DNA from: an uncultured Bacteroidales bacterium
GTDB taxonomy: Bacteria; Bacteroidota; Bacteroidia; Bacteroidales; VadinHA17
Assembly: GCA_963739685.1 (NCBI GenBank)
Contig: CAVUAX010000002.1
Coordinates: forward strand, 427,062 to 491,061
Length of the DNA: 64,000 nt
Direction of reading: 5' to 3'
Below, in pieces: positions 1 through 11,704 of the stretch. The notes under the pieces were generated by a model. The model worked only from the letters and a program-made list of their open reading frames with translations. It was not told the origin of the DNA and did not search any database. Position 1 is the first letter of the stretch. Each line of letters starts with the position of its first letter. Made by a program: the position numbers and the translations under genes.

Positions 1-2283
1 AACTTTCCCTGCCTGTTCAACACTGCTTTTTACATCCTGAAGGATCGCATCTTTGTCCATCACAGGTGCAATGACAAGTACCGGCCTTGGTGCAATACAG
101 GCTAATACCTCATGGAAGTCATACGGTAACCGTGCCTCATTTCCCACGAAGAATCCCAGCCTCGGTAAAAGACCATGAAGATGAGAAAAACCTTTTATAC
201 CCTCCGTTCCCTTTTCCTGTGTGTTCAAACGCATCGGGGTAAAGCCGGCAACAGAAACAACACCCGCAACCCGCTCATCCAGAGCGGCAGTATACAAAGC
301 GACTGTGGCTCCCAGAGAATATCCAGCTATAAATATCTTCGTGCTGTCGATAAAATCAAAATTTGAAAGGGCATCAATGGCACCCTGAGCGTCGACAACC
401 ATCTTTCCCATCTTTGACCAGTGAGGAAACCTGTCATAAAAACGTGTCCCCTCCTCTATCCTGTTGCCAAAGCCCAGCATATCGTATGAAAAGACCGCAT
501 AACCCCTGTCGGTAATTGACTGAAAGAGGGACTCAACCTGGTGATAAGAACTGAATCCTTTTGAATAATCGTATTCATGAAGGTAAATCACTACGGGTAA
601 ATTATTGCTTTTCAATTCCCCTTTTTCATTTTTTGGATAGTACAAATAACCAAACAGCTCGTCGCCGAAACCATTATAGGGGCTGACTGGCATTCTGCCC
701 ATAGTTTGGGTTTCACGGGGGCGGACAAGAAATGAACCAAAGTTATTTTCATCCCCGCCGCCTCTGACAAAGTGACCGGGCCCCGGATTGATAACTCCCG
801 CAGGCTCATCACCCAGTGCCCAGCGGATCTGCTTTCTGATGCCAGGTCTTCTGTTTTCCCAGCCTGTTACAGTGCTTATCCGGTTGTTATTTTCACCTGC
901 CAGCAGATCGTCAAGGCCTTTAACCGGGTAGTTATTTGGATTAATATTCTCTCCGCTAAGCTCGCGCCATTTGTCAAACGAGTAGTTAAAAAATAACCTG
1001 TTCGCGGGTTTATGATCACTCCTTTTAAAAACGTAATCAAAGAAATCAATATAATCTTCCATATCCCTGGCAGATACGCTGTGTAATCCGTAGCGTGATC
1101 TTATTGCCAGGTTGTTTTCGGCTCCAAGGAATTTGTAAACCTTCTGACTTGCAAGATAAGCCTGTTCAATACCCCAGGGGTTACTTGCTCCTTCGCTGAT
1201 TGCGGTGCTTAGCATCAGGCCGCGTGGAGCTATCAAAGCCATAAACATGTTTTGATCCACAGGCAGTTTGTTTTCATGACCGACAAAGAATCTTAACCGC
1301 GGATGAAGCCATGCCGGCTGGGCACATGCCAGCAATGCAATGTCTTCAACATCATAATTCTGGGAACAATATCTCCAGGGAACTTCTGCACCTGTACCTC
1401 CGCTGCTGGGAATACAGGCCGTGATACGTTCATCAAATGCTGCAGCCATAAGAGACAGTTTCCCATTCCTTGAATGGCCTGTTATACCTATTTTATCCCT
1501 GTCAACATATGGAAGGGTGTACAAATAATCAATGGCCCTGTAAGCACCGAACGATCTCCTCATCAACCTTGTAAAATCATACTGCCCTGCCCATATCTCA
1601 GAGTATTCCTCCGTATCATCTTTTGAGTCGGCACCGGCATAAACGCACCCGATGTATCCGCGCCTGACTGCCACCATGGCCCATTCACGATGGTTCCACT
1701 GTGTAAGGAACACAGGGAAGGGACCTTTCCCGGGTGGGATCATCATTTCAACGGTAAGCTTGGCCTTGCTACCGGGTCCGAAAGTCAGTTCGACCATGCG
1801 TACAATTGTCTCCCCCTCTTTCTTCTCACTGAGTGTTTTCACTTCCAGGTTCTCCGGTTTGGGCGGGTAGGTACCTGTTATATAGTATTCGAGCTGGTTC
1901 TTCATCCACTCACGCTTCTCCTTCCATTGAGCCATTGTTGTCACCGGAATGTTTTTACCTCCTTCGTCAATAACCAGTGGGTCAGGAAGAAAGGGGATGG
2001 AAGGCATCCGGTCAAAATCAGGAGGAAGTTCACCGGTTCTTTTAAGCCAGTCCTGAAATGTAGCGTCAAGAAATGAGACACGGCCATTGATGGTCCTGTC
2101 AGGGGGCAGGAGACTTAAAAGTTTTTCAAGAACCTCTTTTTGTTTGACAGTATCCCCAACAGGTGGCAATTCAAATTTTGCAGACGACGTGACTTCTTTC
2201 GTCTGATTGCATGATGACAGAACAAAAAAGCAAACAGCAATTATCAAACTGCTTCTGATAAAAAAATAAAAATTCTTTTTCAT
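1..2283 (-). CDS. Partial (C-terminus off window) lipoprotein-type secreted two-domain esterase: CE15 glucuronoyl-esterase-like domain followed by a second alpha/beta-hydrolase domain
   Basis: Absent from the ORF track because it runs off the left edge. Manual minus-strand translation from ATG (2283..2281) stays open to position 1. It starts MKKNFYFFIRSSLIIAVCFFVLSSCNQ. It contains ...DKIGITGHSRNGKLSLMAAAFD... (G-x-S-R-x-G CE15-type nucleophile motif) and later ...IFIAGYSLGATVALYTAA... (GxSxG elbow). Frame verified at codons 1441-1443, 301-303 and 1-3. Confidence 0.7.
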   Translation of the reverse strand, partial: MKKNFYFFIRSSLIIAVCFFVLSSCNQTKEVTSSAKFELPPVGDTVKQKEVLEKLLSLLPPDRTINGRVSFLDATFQDWLKRTGELPPDFDRMPSIPFLPDPLVIDEGGKNIPVTTMAQWKEKREWMKNQLEYYITGTYPPKPENLEVKTLSEKKEGETIVRMVELTFGPGSKAKLTVEMMIPPGKGPFPVFLTQWNHREWAMVAVRRGYIGCVYAGADSKDDTEEYSEIWAGQYDFTRLMRRSFGAYRAIDYLYTLPYVDRDKIGITGHSRNGKLSLMAAAFDERITACIPSSGGTGAEVPWRYCSQNYDVEDIALLACAQPAWLHPRLRFFVGHENKLPVDQNMFMALIAPRGLMLSTAISEGASNPWGIEQAYLASQKVYKFLGAENNLAIRSRYGLHSVSARDMEDYIDFFDYVFKRSDHKPANRLFFNYSFDKWRELSGENINPNNYPVKGLDDLLAGENNNRISTVTGWENRRPGIRKQIRWALGDEPAGVINPGPGHFVRGGGDENNFGSFLVRPRETQTMGRMPVSPYNGFGDELFGYLYYPKNEKGELKSNNLPVVIYLHEYDYSKGFSSYHQVESLFQSITDRGYAVFSYDMLGFGNRIEEGTRFYDRFPHWSKMGKMVVDAQGAIDALSNFDFIDSTKIFIAGYSLGATVALYTAALDERVAGVVSVAGFTPMRLNTQEKGTEGIKGFSHLHGLLPRLGFFVGNEARLPYDFHEVLACIAPRPVLVIAPVMDKDAILQDVKSSVEQAGKV

Positions 2284-2461
2284 CTCTATATAAGTAAATT
2301 TTAATGTCAGTTAGCCATTCCCACTAAAGTGGTTGAAGGATTAGATATTAAAAGGCAATTATTGTTAATATAAATATAATCAGCTATTAACACTGTTCAA
2401 AGCGCATTACCCGAAAAAATATTAAACATCAAACGAGATGCTTTTTTTGAATTTTCAAATC

Positions 2462-3292
2462 CTATCTGCCCAAAAGATGAAGAGCATCAGGAATGGTCCA
2501 CTCCCTTGTTATCACTTTTGGTTCGGGTAATTTAGGATCCAGGTCGAGGTATTGCATCTTTGCTTTTATAGGTGTTTCCACTATATAGGGTTTACACTTT
2601 GGGATAGCCGCTATTGCCTTTTTTGCTCCCTCGTAAAGAGCTTTCCGTGTTTCTTCGAAAGGATAGAGAACTGCGGCTTCCCGTGCAATACCCTGCTTCG
2701 TTGCAACAGTTACAATATTGTTTCCAAAGAATTTGACTGCTTCGCGGCATGTTGCAACATCTCCCGTCACCAGGATCGGAGGAACTCCAAAATAACCCGC
2801 AACAGTGGCAGTTTGCGCAAGTTCTCCAGACTCCACACCGTTGTACCAATACCTGTTTTCTGTTTTCGATGACTGGGTATGGTTAAGGACGCCATCCGGG
2901 GTACCCATCATGGCATGAAATCCGAACATTACCAGCCCTGAAAATGATTTATCCAGGCTCCACCTGTTACCTTCAGGCCTTGGTTTACCGGTAACATATT
3001 TTGCACCCGGTACCATAAGGTGGGGAATCATTGCCTGGGTGCCATGTCCGTCAATAATAATTATCTCGGTAGCACCGCCATCCCGAAGGCCCCGTACCAC
3101 CGCAGCAAGATCTCCCATGAAATACTCACAGGCCTGAATGTTCAATGGCGTATCCTTCTCCCTTGTCTGGGCAAACTTATAGACCCCGCTTACACCTTCG
3201 AGATCTGTTTCAATAAAAATTTTTATCTGAGCATTTACACTTGAAAAAATAATCAGGAACAGAAATGCAATTCCATATTTTTTGGTTTTCAT
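2462..3292 (-). CDS. M55 family (DppA-like) D-aminopeptidase with signal peptide
   Basis: 276-aa ORF. The N-terminal signal is followed by IFIETDLEGVSGV, the typical DppA/M55 start motif. Size also fits the family. Confidence 0.75.
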   Translation of the reverse strand: MKTKKYGIAFLFLIIFSSVNAQIKIFIETDLEGVSGVYKFAQTREKDTPLNIQACEYFMGDLAAVVRGLRDGGATEIIIIDGHGTQAMIPHLMVPGAKYVTGKPRPEGNRWSLDKSFSGLVMFGFHAMMGTPDGVLNHTQSSKTENRYWYNGVESGELAQTATVAGYFGVPPILVTGDVATCREAVKFFGNNIVTVATKQGIAREAAVLYPFEETRKALYEGAKKAIAAIPKCKPYIVETPIKAKMQYLDLDPKLPEPKVITREWTIPDALHLLGR

Positions 3293-3368
3293 TTTTTGAA
3301 TAATTACATTAATTTACAATAGGTTCTCACATTGTATTTGTTAAAGGTCAATTTTGTTAAATAAAAAA

Positions 3369-3401
3369 ATTGTGCAGTCTGAAAATTACAGACTGCACAA
3401 T
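3369..3401 (-). terminator. Rho-independent terminator downstream of the disrupted SusD-like gene
   Basis: Perfect inverted repeat attgtgcagtctg / cagactgcacaat with a 7-nt loop. On the minus strand it is followed by a U-run (plus-strand A7 at 3363-3369). Confidence 0.7.
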
Positions 3402-3411
3402 TCTAAAAAAG

Positions 3412-5192
3412 TTAAGGTATAACATCTAGAGGTGGAACATTAAGATTATCACCATCATACCCAACATTCTGGTTTATTGTACCCAGAGTATTAGCAGTTA
3501 TTACACTTTGAGGAATAGGCCACAACATATTACTTGGAGACATATTTGCAGTAGCATCCCAAAATCTGTACTTAGGATCATGGTAAAAAGGATTATATCC
3601 CATTACTCTGTCGTAATACCAGTTTTTCGTAGTGATTGTAGATAAACTATAACCGTCTCGGTTTAGTTTGGCAAAGATAAATGATACTCTGACCATTTCG
3701 GAATGACGTGGTTCTTCTGTATACAATTCCTTGACGCGTTCTGTAAAAATATAATCTATGTTAACATCGGCTGCAGTAATCAGTGGAGCATTGGCCCGTG
3801 CCCTGACCATATTTATATCGTCTGCCGCTGGAGCTGTCTGGCCTTTCCAATAATATGCCTCTGCTCTTAAAAGATAGGTCTCTGCCAGACGGAATATATA
3901 CCAGTCACCCTGCCCGCCGTGTGGCTGGCTATAGTTTGTTGTCGGAGTATAGGTTTTGTATTGAGGCCATGGATACCATGTATCTGTGGTATCGGCCAAA
4001 CTCTTATAATATTGTTTAGTCAGTGGCTCTCCCAGATTTGGAGAACCTGGTCTGACTGTTATAATTTCAGCCTCTGTTTTACCCATCTCTATCCAGTTAT
4101 TAGGAGCTCTGCGCATGTCAGGTGTATTCTGCCATGTATAAGGTCCCTCGCTCCACATCCAATAGTGAAAGAAATCGTTTGTTCTGACATCTCCATTACC
4201 AATACCCAGGGTATCTCCCGGAATGGTCTGCCAGTTACATGCACGGTTACCAGTAGCATCCAGTACCTTCCAGTAAGAAGGAGTATAAAGTCTCATTGAA
4301 TATGTACCGGGATTGCTCCCACCATGTGTCAGGAGCTGCTTCGGGACGATCAACTGTTGCATAAATAGTTTCCGTGTTTGAAGCAAGATTCCTGTTTTGC
4401 CAGCGATGGAGATCCCACATAACATCATGCCATCCTTTACTTGCATCAATTCCAAACCGTTCTGTCATCAGCGCATAGGGGCCATTAATTACCGCAGTGG
4501 TTGCTGTTATTGCTTTATCAAATTCGCAATTGGCAAGATAAACTTTTGCAAGAAGATGATTTGCTGCACCTTTCGTAACATCACCCAGATTTGCAGGCGG
4601 TAACAGGCAGCCATTCAACTGCATATTCCAGGTCTTTTTGAATCTGGCCAAGAATTGCCCACCTGGTGGTCGAAAAGTAATCGAGTTTGGCTCCCTGTGA
4701 CTTCTTCTCCCACCCAGGGAATATCGCCATAGGTATTAACCAGACGGTAATACCAGTATGCACGAAACCATAAAGCTTCTGACAATATCCGGTTCCTTGC
4801 ATTCTGGTCAGTCCATTTAATATCATCAATTCTGGAAATAATGGTATTAGCATTTTTAATATAGCCATAAGCATTATTAAAAAAGTTAAGTACAAGAGGT
4901 ACCTGAGCTACAGCACTTGGTGTATTCTTTGTGAAGTCGCTCTGACGGAGTGGAACTGCAACATCAGTATACATAACATTCAACAGCAATATAGTTCTGA
5001 TACCCATGGTTTTCAGCATTCATTTCTTTCTTGCACCTTACAAGTCCTGCTTCAAAACCAGCCTCATCAACAAAAACATTTTCAGGGGCATAAGAAAGAG
5101 AGCGGATCGGGTTTTAACCAATCTTTTGAGCATGAAATCATGATCAGCAAGATTATGGTTAAAATCAATGTTAATATTTTTATTTGTTTCAT
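3412..5192 (-). pseudogene. SusD/RagB-family lipoprotein gene, frame-disrupted paralog of 11705-13495
   Basis: ATG at 5192 gives MKQIKILTLILTIILLIMISCSKDWLKPDPLS, then stops. ORF-track pieces 4615-5019, 4581-4895, 4247-4651 and 3412-4455 follow the intact paralog colinearly in different frames. The 3' part (about 300 codons) is open. Confidence 0.85.
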
Positions 5193-5228
5193 ATGATTAT
5201 CTATTTATAAGTTATTTCACTGTAATAA

Positions 5229-8200
5229 CTATAATGAGAAGTTAAGTCCCACTGTATAAGTCCTGGGCATAGGATTCATTCCGGCAGGGATTGAACTATT
5301 AAATCTTACAGATTCGGGATCCCAGCCCGGCCATTTGGTAATTGTGGCTAAATTCCTAATTGATCCAAAGACCTGCAGATTGTTCAACTTGATGCTGCTG
5401 AGCTAAATCAGAAGGTAAATTATAAGTTAATGAAACATCCTGAACTCTGACAAATGACTTGGTTTATATATCATCAACCCGCCTCCAAAACTGCACGAAT
5501 GGCATTAAGTCTTGCATATTCATTATTTGGATCTATCAGCGGTCCAGTAGGGTACCGGTCCATTATTTCTGTTCCATCTGTCGTCTGATTCATAGCCTCT
5601 GTTCAATGCAGCACTATATGAACCTAAAATGTCCAAGGTCGGCACGAAAAAAAACTGATGCAGTGAAATTTTTCAGAAAGCTGAAGTCATTTCTTAAACC
5701 AAGACGATAACTGAGGAACATCATGACCAATAAACTGTTTATCGTCTAAATCAACATATTTACCATCTCCGTCAACATCAACTGCTTTAAAATCCCCGGG
5801 CTGCAAATTATATACTGGCGGCCTCGTCAGCTTCATCCAATTGCCATATCCCGATGACATTATAATCCCATACAACATCAATAGCCTGGCCCGGGAACCA
5901 TTTGTTCGTATAATCAGGAAGTTCCCCTGTTTGTTCTTTTCCCAATAAGGTATAGGTCCCTATATCACCAAACAGTTTTCTTATTTTATTCCTGTTAAGT
6001 GAAAATACAAAATTTGATTTCCAGGTAAAGTTCTGGATTACTGATATTTATAGTATTAATTGTCATTTCAAAACCCTTATTACCAAGTTCACCAAGGTTT
6101 GAGGTAATATTGGAAAATCCGGTAACTCTTGGAAGTATACCGGTTCATTAACAGGTCAGTTGTTGTCATATCATAATAATCAGCAGTTAACATCAATTCT
6201 GTTTTTCAGTACAGCAATATCCAATCCTACAGTTAAGAGAGGTTGTTCTTTCCCATCTCAGCCCGGGATTTGCCAATGTTGTGTTATAAACTCCTACGCG
6301 GGTATTGGTACCGTCGTACCATAAGCTTGAACCTGTACTTGGCAAGTGCTGAATACATACCTATATCCCTGTTACCATTTACACCCCATGAAAATCTGAG
6401 TTTCAATCTGTTTATGAGATCAACATTGAAAAAACTCTCATCAGACACCACCCAGGCAAGAGCAAAGGCTGGGAAAGTGGCTCTTGGATTTTCGGTACCA
6501 AATGCGGAGTAACCATCCCTTCTTACGGAAGCAGTTAAAAGATATCTGCCCATTAATGTGTAGTTCAGACGGGCCATCAAAGCGTCGCCAGTGCTCCTGT
6601 GTCGTCATTGTCATATTCCCGGAGTGTCTCCAAACTGCAGTCCATGATATCCAAGTTGTTGATTAGGCTGAAAGTTTTTATTAGTCATGAGATGTTGACC
6701 AGTATTGATTTTCTTCAATATTTGCAAGCAGGGTCACATCAAAATTGTGTACACCTATCTCCTTTTTCCATGTAAGCAGGTTATCAACCATCCAGTTCAT
6801 TGTAGACGATTCCCTTCTTTCACCTGATGGTATTTCATTCGCTATACCACCGAGTTTTTCACTAATTGTAGTAAAGGTGAGGTACTTCGTATGTCTGATA
6901 CCGGGGTTGAAAAGATACTTTGAAATTAAATCCAAAGAGGAAGTTTAATGTTAGCATACATATTGGCAAACAAGTTGTTTGTTTTGTTCAACAAAGATGT
7001 ACGGTAATATGCCAGTAATGGATTATCTGAATGTCCATGAGGATACCTCTTCAGATTTCCATTAGCATCCCACATTTCTCCATAGGGACTGTTAACATAA
7101 AAATTAAGACTTGCAGGTACAGAACTTTCATCTCTGTCTGAAAATTGCGTATTAAGACCAACATTCAGCCATTTTGATACTTTAAAGTCAGCGTTAAGTC
7201 TGGAGCGGATGCTTGAATACTGGTCACCAACCCTGATACCTTCATTATCATTATATCCAACAGACCAGTAATATGTAGCATTATCAGTTCCCCCAGAAAT
7301 ACTGAGGTCATATTCCTGTCTTTTGCCTTTCCTGAATACTTCATCATACATATCCATGGTTTTTCCTGCAAGATAGTTTGCCTGCTCTTCAGGAAAAAAC
7401 CGCAGACGGCCAAACCATTCCTGTAAATTATCGTCGACAGGTGAAGAACTTAATGCACGCCACTGATCAATGGTCATGCTACTGGGCAGGTTTTCCGGAT
7501 TGGTATAAAAATTATAATCAATATCAGGGAACATCTGTCTGAAATAATCCTGTCTGAACTGTATGTACTCAGCAGGACCTAATCCCCTTCTCTGATTATT
7601 ACTTTCGTTCATACCAAGTTTGGTTGAAAAGTTAATTGTCGGTTTACCTGTCTTCCCTTTAATTGTCGTAATCAGAATAACACCGGAAGCTGCCTTTGAA
7701 CCAAAAACTGCAGCAGAACTTGCATCCTTGAGAATATCAACAGATTGAATGTCATTTGGATTTATATCTCTGAGACTGCCATCAAATATCACACCATCAA
7801 GTACTATCAGAGGATTTGTACCCGCAGTCAGTGATGTTGGTCCTCTAATTTCCAGTGAGGCACCACCCGCTGCGGAGGTCGACTGATTTGCATTAAATCC
7901 GGCTATAGTCCCTGTAAGCATATCAGTTACCTGAACCATAGACTGGGTTTTAAAATCATTCGCCCTAACGCTAACTACCGAGCCGGTTAAATCACTTTTC
8001 TTTGCAGTTCCGTAACCGATAACAACAACTTCTTCAAGCCTTAACACATCAGTTACAAGTGAAACGTTTATTACTCTCTGATTACCCGGGACAATCTCTT
8101 TTGAAACATATCCTATAAATGAGAATAAAAGAGTATTACTCTCATTTGGAACTGAAATTGTGTAATCACCATTAATGTCAGTCAGGGTTCCAATGACACT

Positions 8201-8362
8201 ACCTTTAACAGTGACAGTTACTCCAACTAACGGCTCATTATTCTGAGCATCAATCACTTTCCCCTTTACACTTATTTGTGCAAAGGTGCTCAGGGGAATA
8301 ATGAACCATAAACAAAACAGGATTAAGTATTTAATCCTGCATTTCAATTGTGTTTTTTTCAT
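5229..8362 (-). pseudogene. SusC-type TonB-dependent receptor gene, frame-disrupted paralog of 13527-16631
   Basis: The first 478 codons are open (6926-8362). The remainder is recoverable only as pieces (6681-6935, 6284-6580, 5687-5881, and the terminal ...MNPMPRTYTVGLNFSL* ending at 5229) that are colinear with the intact copy. Confidence 0.85.
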
Positions 8363-8790
8363 AATTTAAATATTAGGTTAGAAAATATTAAAGATCATCA
8401 ATAAAAGCGCCTCAAATTATTAAAGAACTAATTAAAAAATAAATAAACTTTTAAATATAATTAGATTTTTATATTCCTGACATAAATTAAGTTAAAAGGC
8501 AATTTATTAACATTTTTTAACATAAGTGGTTTTTCAGCTTACAAGGTTAACTTATTTGGCCAAAGATGAACTATTTATTAGTTTTAGGATAAAACAATAA
8601 TAAGGGAGAAGTTGAATATTAAAAGAGGCCTTTTTCATTACTTATCTCCAACTTAATATAACAAATATATTTTCCAAAAAGTTCACTTAAAGATTACAAA
8701 TACGAAAACAAATTGAATAGCCATTTATATGGTAGAACTGCCCCATGTCAATTCCTCCACACTGTTTTTCCAGGTTCACACATATCAGAT

Positions 8791-10215
8791 TCATTTAAGA
8801 ATGTCAGCAATCATGTTTCCTTTACCACCTGTAATTTTAAGGGGGATTGACTTTGAAGCAGGGCGATCATCGCGGATAAGGCAATCAGATACATGGCTGA
8901 ATGAAACATTTCTCATCAATAAGCCTATATTATCAAAGTCAAGAATAGTACAGCCGGTTATGTTTATCCGGGCGCAATTCTCGATAAGAAATGCTGCCTG
9001 ATCCCGACGAACATTTGTAATATGAAGACCAGAAAATGTACAGTCCTTGCTATTAATTATTTTAAGGCTATTCATAGCTTCGCCACTATTGAAGTAGGAC
9101 GGTTCCTGGTCAAAGTTATTTGAACCTGCAACAATATTAGAACAACTTTCGATAAGTAAATTGTGTTCATAACCCTGCCAGAAAGTATTACCTGTAATTA
9201 CCACACCGTGGCATTCCTTGAGATTTACATTGACCTTAACGTCACTCATTAAATTACCGGTTATACACACATTGCCCCAGCGTACCAGGTCAGTACCGGG
9301 ACCTGGCATACTACTTCCTATGATACGAACATTCGCCGAACCGGCAGATGTATTATTATGTTGAAGAGTACAACCAGAAATTGACACTTCGGCAGTTCCG
9401 ATAGTACTTCCGGAACAGTCAATGGAAACATTTGCAGCAGGGGGCATATCCGGATCCATATTGCTCTCAATATCACAACCGGTGATTTGTATGTTACGCA
9501 CAGCTCCTCCCATTGATACTATACCACCACCTTTATTATAGCTTATGTGACAACCAATTATGTTAGACTGATGTAAGTTTACATTATCGTAGTAAATTCC
9601 CGCTCCATTGTTATCATAGATATGACAATCAGAAATTATTATGTTCCGGTTAGTTCCAGTCAGATGAATACCATGTAAAACCTTACGAATAAGAATCCGA
9701 TGCAGGGTCAGTTGCATTGTGCCCTCAGCCTCAATACCAACTGCTTCTGCATTATTACCGATAATTGCGATACCTTCTACAACCGGCATCCGCTGTCGAT
9801 CCCAGACATCTTCCGAAAATGTACCTGGGTCGGCAGATTTAAAATGCGTGCCAATGAATCTGAAAGCTGGTCCCGACCCTGTCATTAATATCTGGGCAAC
9901 ACCTTCACCGTTAATCGAAGTATACCCGGTTTTGTCCAGGTTGACAACAATTGGTTTAGTAATGCGGTACAACCCCTTTGGTAAATAGACTGCACCAACA
10001 GAGGCATCGACTGCTTTTTGGATTGCATATGTATCATCGACCTTCCCATCTCCTACGGCACCAAAATTACGGACATTCCCAATGTCAAATTTATTTGGAG
10101 ACTGGCAGGAAAATAACACAATAATAAATACCAGGAGAATTACCTGCCTCAGTCTATTAATATAAAACATTGAAGACAGTATTCCAATTTTTTCTGTTTT
10201 AATATTTTTAGTCAC
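8791..10215 (-). CDS. Right-handed parallel beta-helix lipoprotein (pectate-lyase-3-like N-terminal domain)
   Basis: 474-aa ORF with lipobox ...LFSCQS. It carries NVRNFGAVGDGKVDDTYAIQKAVD, typical of pectate_lyase_3 / tailspike-like beta-helix proteins. Repetitive ...ITGC/ISDC/ITGN... coils follow. An alternative start is Met16 (10170). Confidence 0.7.
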   Translation of the reverse strand: MTKNIKTEKIGILSSMFYINRLRQVILLVFIIVLFSCQSPNKFDIGNVRNFGAVGDGKVDDTYAIQKAVDASVGAVYLPKGLYRITKPIVVNLDKTGYTSINGEGVAQILMTGSGPAFRFIGTHFKSADPGTFSEDVWDRQRMPVVEGIAIIGNNAEAVGIEAEGTMQLTLHRILIRKVLHGIHLTGTNRNIIISDCHIYDNNGAGIYYDNVNLHQSNIIGCHISYNKGGGIVSMGGAVRNIQITGCDIESNMDPDMPPAANVSIDCSGSTIGTAEVSISGCTLQHNNTSAGSANVRIIGSSMPGPGTDLVRWGNVCITGNLMSDVKVNVNLKECHGVVITGNTFWQGYEHNLLIESCSNIVAGSNNFDQEPSYFNSGEAMNSLKIINSKDCTFSGLHITNVRRDQAAFLIENCARINITGCTILDFDNIGLLMRNVSFSHVSDCLIRDDRPASKSIPLKITGGKGNMIADILK

Positions 10216-10329
10216 AGGTTGAATTATTACATTTCTTAAATGATACTATTAACGAAAAAATATTCAGGAAACTAAATTCATATTTGAGAACCTTTGATTG
10301 ACTTTAATGTATCAACTAATAATATCTGT

Positions 10330-11592
10330 TTACTGATTTGAACCCTTCAGGTATTCATAAAATACAGTATTGAGATTTTCGCCGATCGTCATCCAGTCTT
10401 TCGCAGATGGCATCTTATTAAGTGAGCTGATCCAGTTTGCATTAAGTTCATATACTATAGCCTCAATTCCGTATCTGCTCAACATTCCATTCTCGAATGA
10501 TACATTTGTTAATGGTTGTCCCGGAGTTTTCCACGAATACCTCACATTTTCTGAAAAGGAGGTATATTCTCTCATCAATTTTTCAAATAATTGCATATTT
10601 TTCACAAACTGAGTGTCGTCCTTGCTATGTTGAGCTAAAATAATTCCTCCGGAATCATCGTTATGAATATCAATCCCAAAGCAGGGCTTTATTCCTTTAG
10701 TGATGAGGCCACTTATAAATTTTTCAAGAACATATTTTTCCGGGCAAAGAACAGAGTCCGGCTTCATATCCCAGTTTCTGTTAAGATCCTTCCCCCTTAC
10801 ATTGAATCTTGTCATTCCCCGTGCTACTCCATCCTTGTTTGCCATTGGCATTATATAAACACAAAATGTTTTCTGCCATTCCCGTGAATTCTCGCTGATG
10901 AATTTATTGATTAAGCCTTCCACTACCCAGCTCCCTCCGGGTTCCCAGGGATGCGCTCTTGCACGTATAATGACTGAATTTGGAGCATCCGGATTTCCAA
11001 GCCGTATTATTTCAAGAGGTCTCTTTTCAACAGTCATTCCTATATTAATTATTTTCACCAATTTATTATTAGTTATTCTATTCTTCAGGTTTTCAAGGTC
11101 TGAAATTGTATATGGAGGTATTCTTGCAACATAAACTGATTCCCCTTTCATCACAAACTCAACCAAAAGTTCCATGCCTGGCAGTTTTGATGTTTTAATG
11201 GCCTCCCAATTTTTCTTGTCATAAGAGATATAGCAGGAAATGTCATTCTTAAAGTTCCACCAGTTAGTAGCTTTATTGCCATTATAAACATCTGCCATCA
11301 TTTTTGATATAATAAGCTTAACAGGGGTTCCTCTGTCAGCTTCTATTTTAAAAAACCAGTGGTCAGTCTGACGATTTAGTGACTCGCGCTCATAATCAGC
11401 CATCAGAGAAATTTTTATTGCGGTGTCTCCCTGTATTTGCCAGCTCAGCTGAGAAGCATTTTCAAAGAAGTAATCAATGAAATTGATTTTTATTTTCCCG
11501 GCACCCTGACCATATATAAATGAGCTGTTAATCAATAAAAAACAGAAGCTTAAGTAAGTCCGAAAATTAAATAATCCGGCAATAGTCTTCAT
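10330..11592 (-). CDS. M14 family zinc carboxypeptidase with N-terminal beta-sandwich domain, secreted
   Basis: 420 aa with a signal peptide. HPWE (HxxE zinc ligands), GKDLNRNW and IDIHND motifs are characteristic of M14. Confidence 0.75.
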   Translation of the reverse strand: MKTIAGLFNFRTYLSFCFLLINSSFIYGQGAGKIKINFIDYFFENASQLSWQIQGDTAIKISLMADYERESLNRQTDHWFFKIEADRGTPVKLIISKMMADVYNGNKATNWWNFKNDISCYISYDKKNWEAIKTSKLPGMELLVEFVMKGESVYVARIPPYTISDLENLKNRITNNKLVKIINIGMTVEKRPLEIIRLGNPDAPNSVIIRARAHPWEPGGSWVVEGLINKFISENSREWQKTFCVYIMPMANKDGVARGMTRFNVRGKDLNRNWDMKPDSVLCPEKYVLEKFISGLITKGIKPCFGIDIHNDDSGGIILAQHSKDDTQFVKNMQLFEKLMREYTSFSENVRYSWKTPGQPLTNVSFENGMLSRYGIEAIVYELNANWISSLNKMPSAKDWMTIGENLNTVFYEYLKGSNQ

Positions 11593-11660
11593 TGGTTAAA
11601 TTATTAATATTATCCTTACTGGAAATAAACTATTGAAAAATTTTAAGAAATATCAATAAT

Positions 11661-11693
11661 ATTGTGCAGTTTGAAACATTCAAACTGCACAAT
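11661..11693 (-). other. Intergenic 15-bp perfect hairpin between SusD and the M14 gene
   Basis: attgtgcagtttgaa aca ttcaaactgcacaat. It is homologous to the hairpin at 3369-3401 with a compensatory stem change. There is no clear U-tract, so it may be a stabiliser or partial terminator. Confidence 0.6.
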
Positions 11694-11704
11694 ATATAAA
11701 CAAG

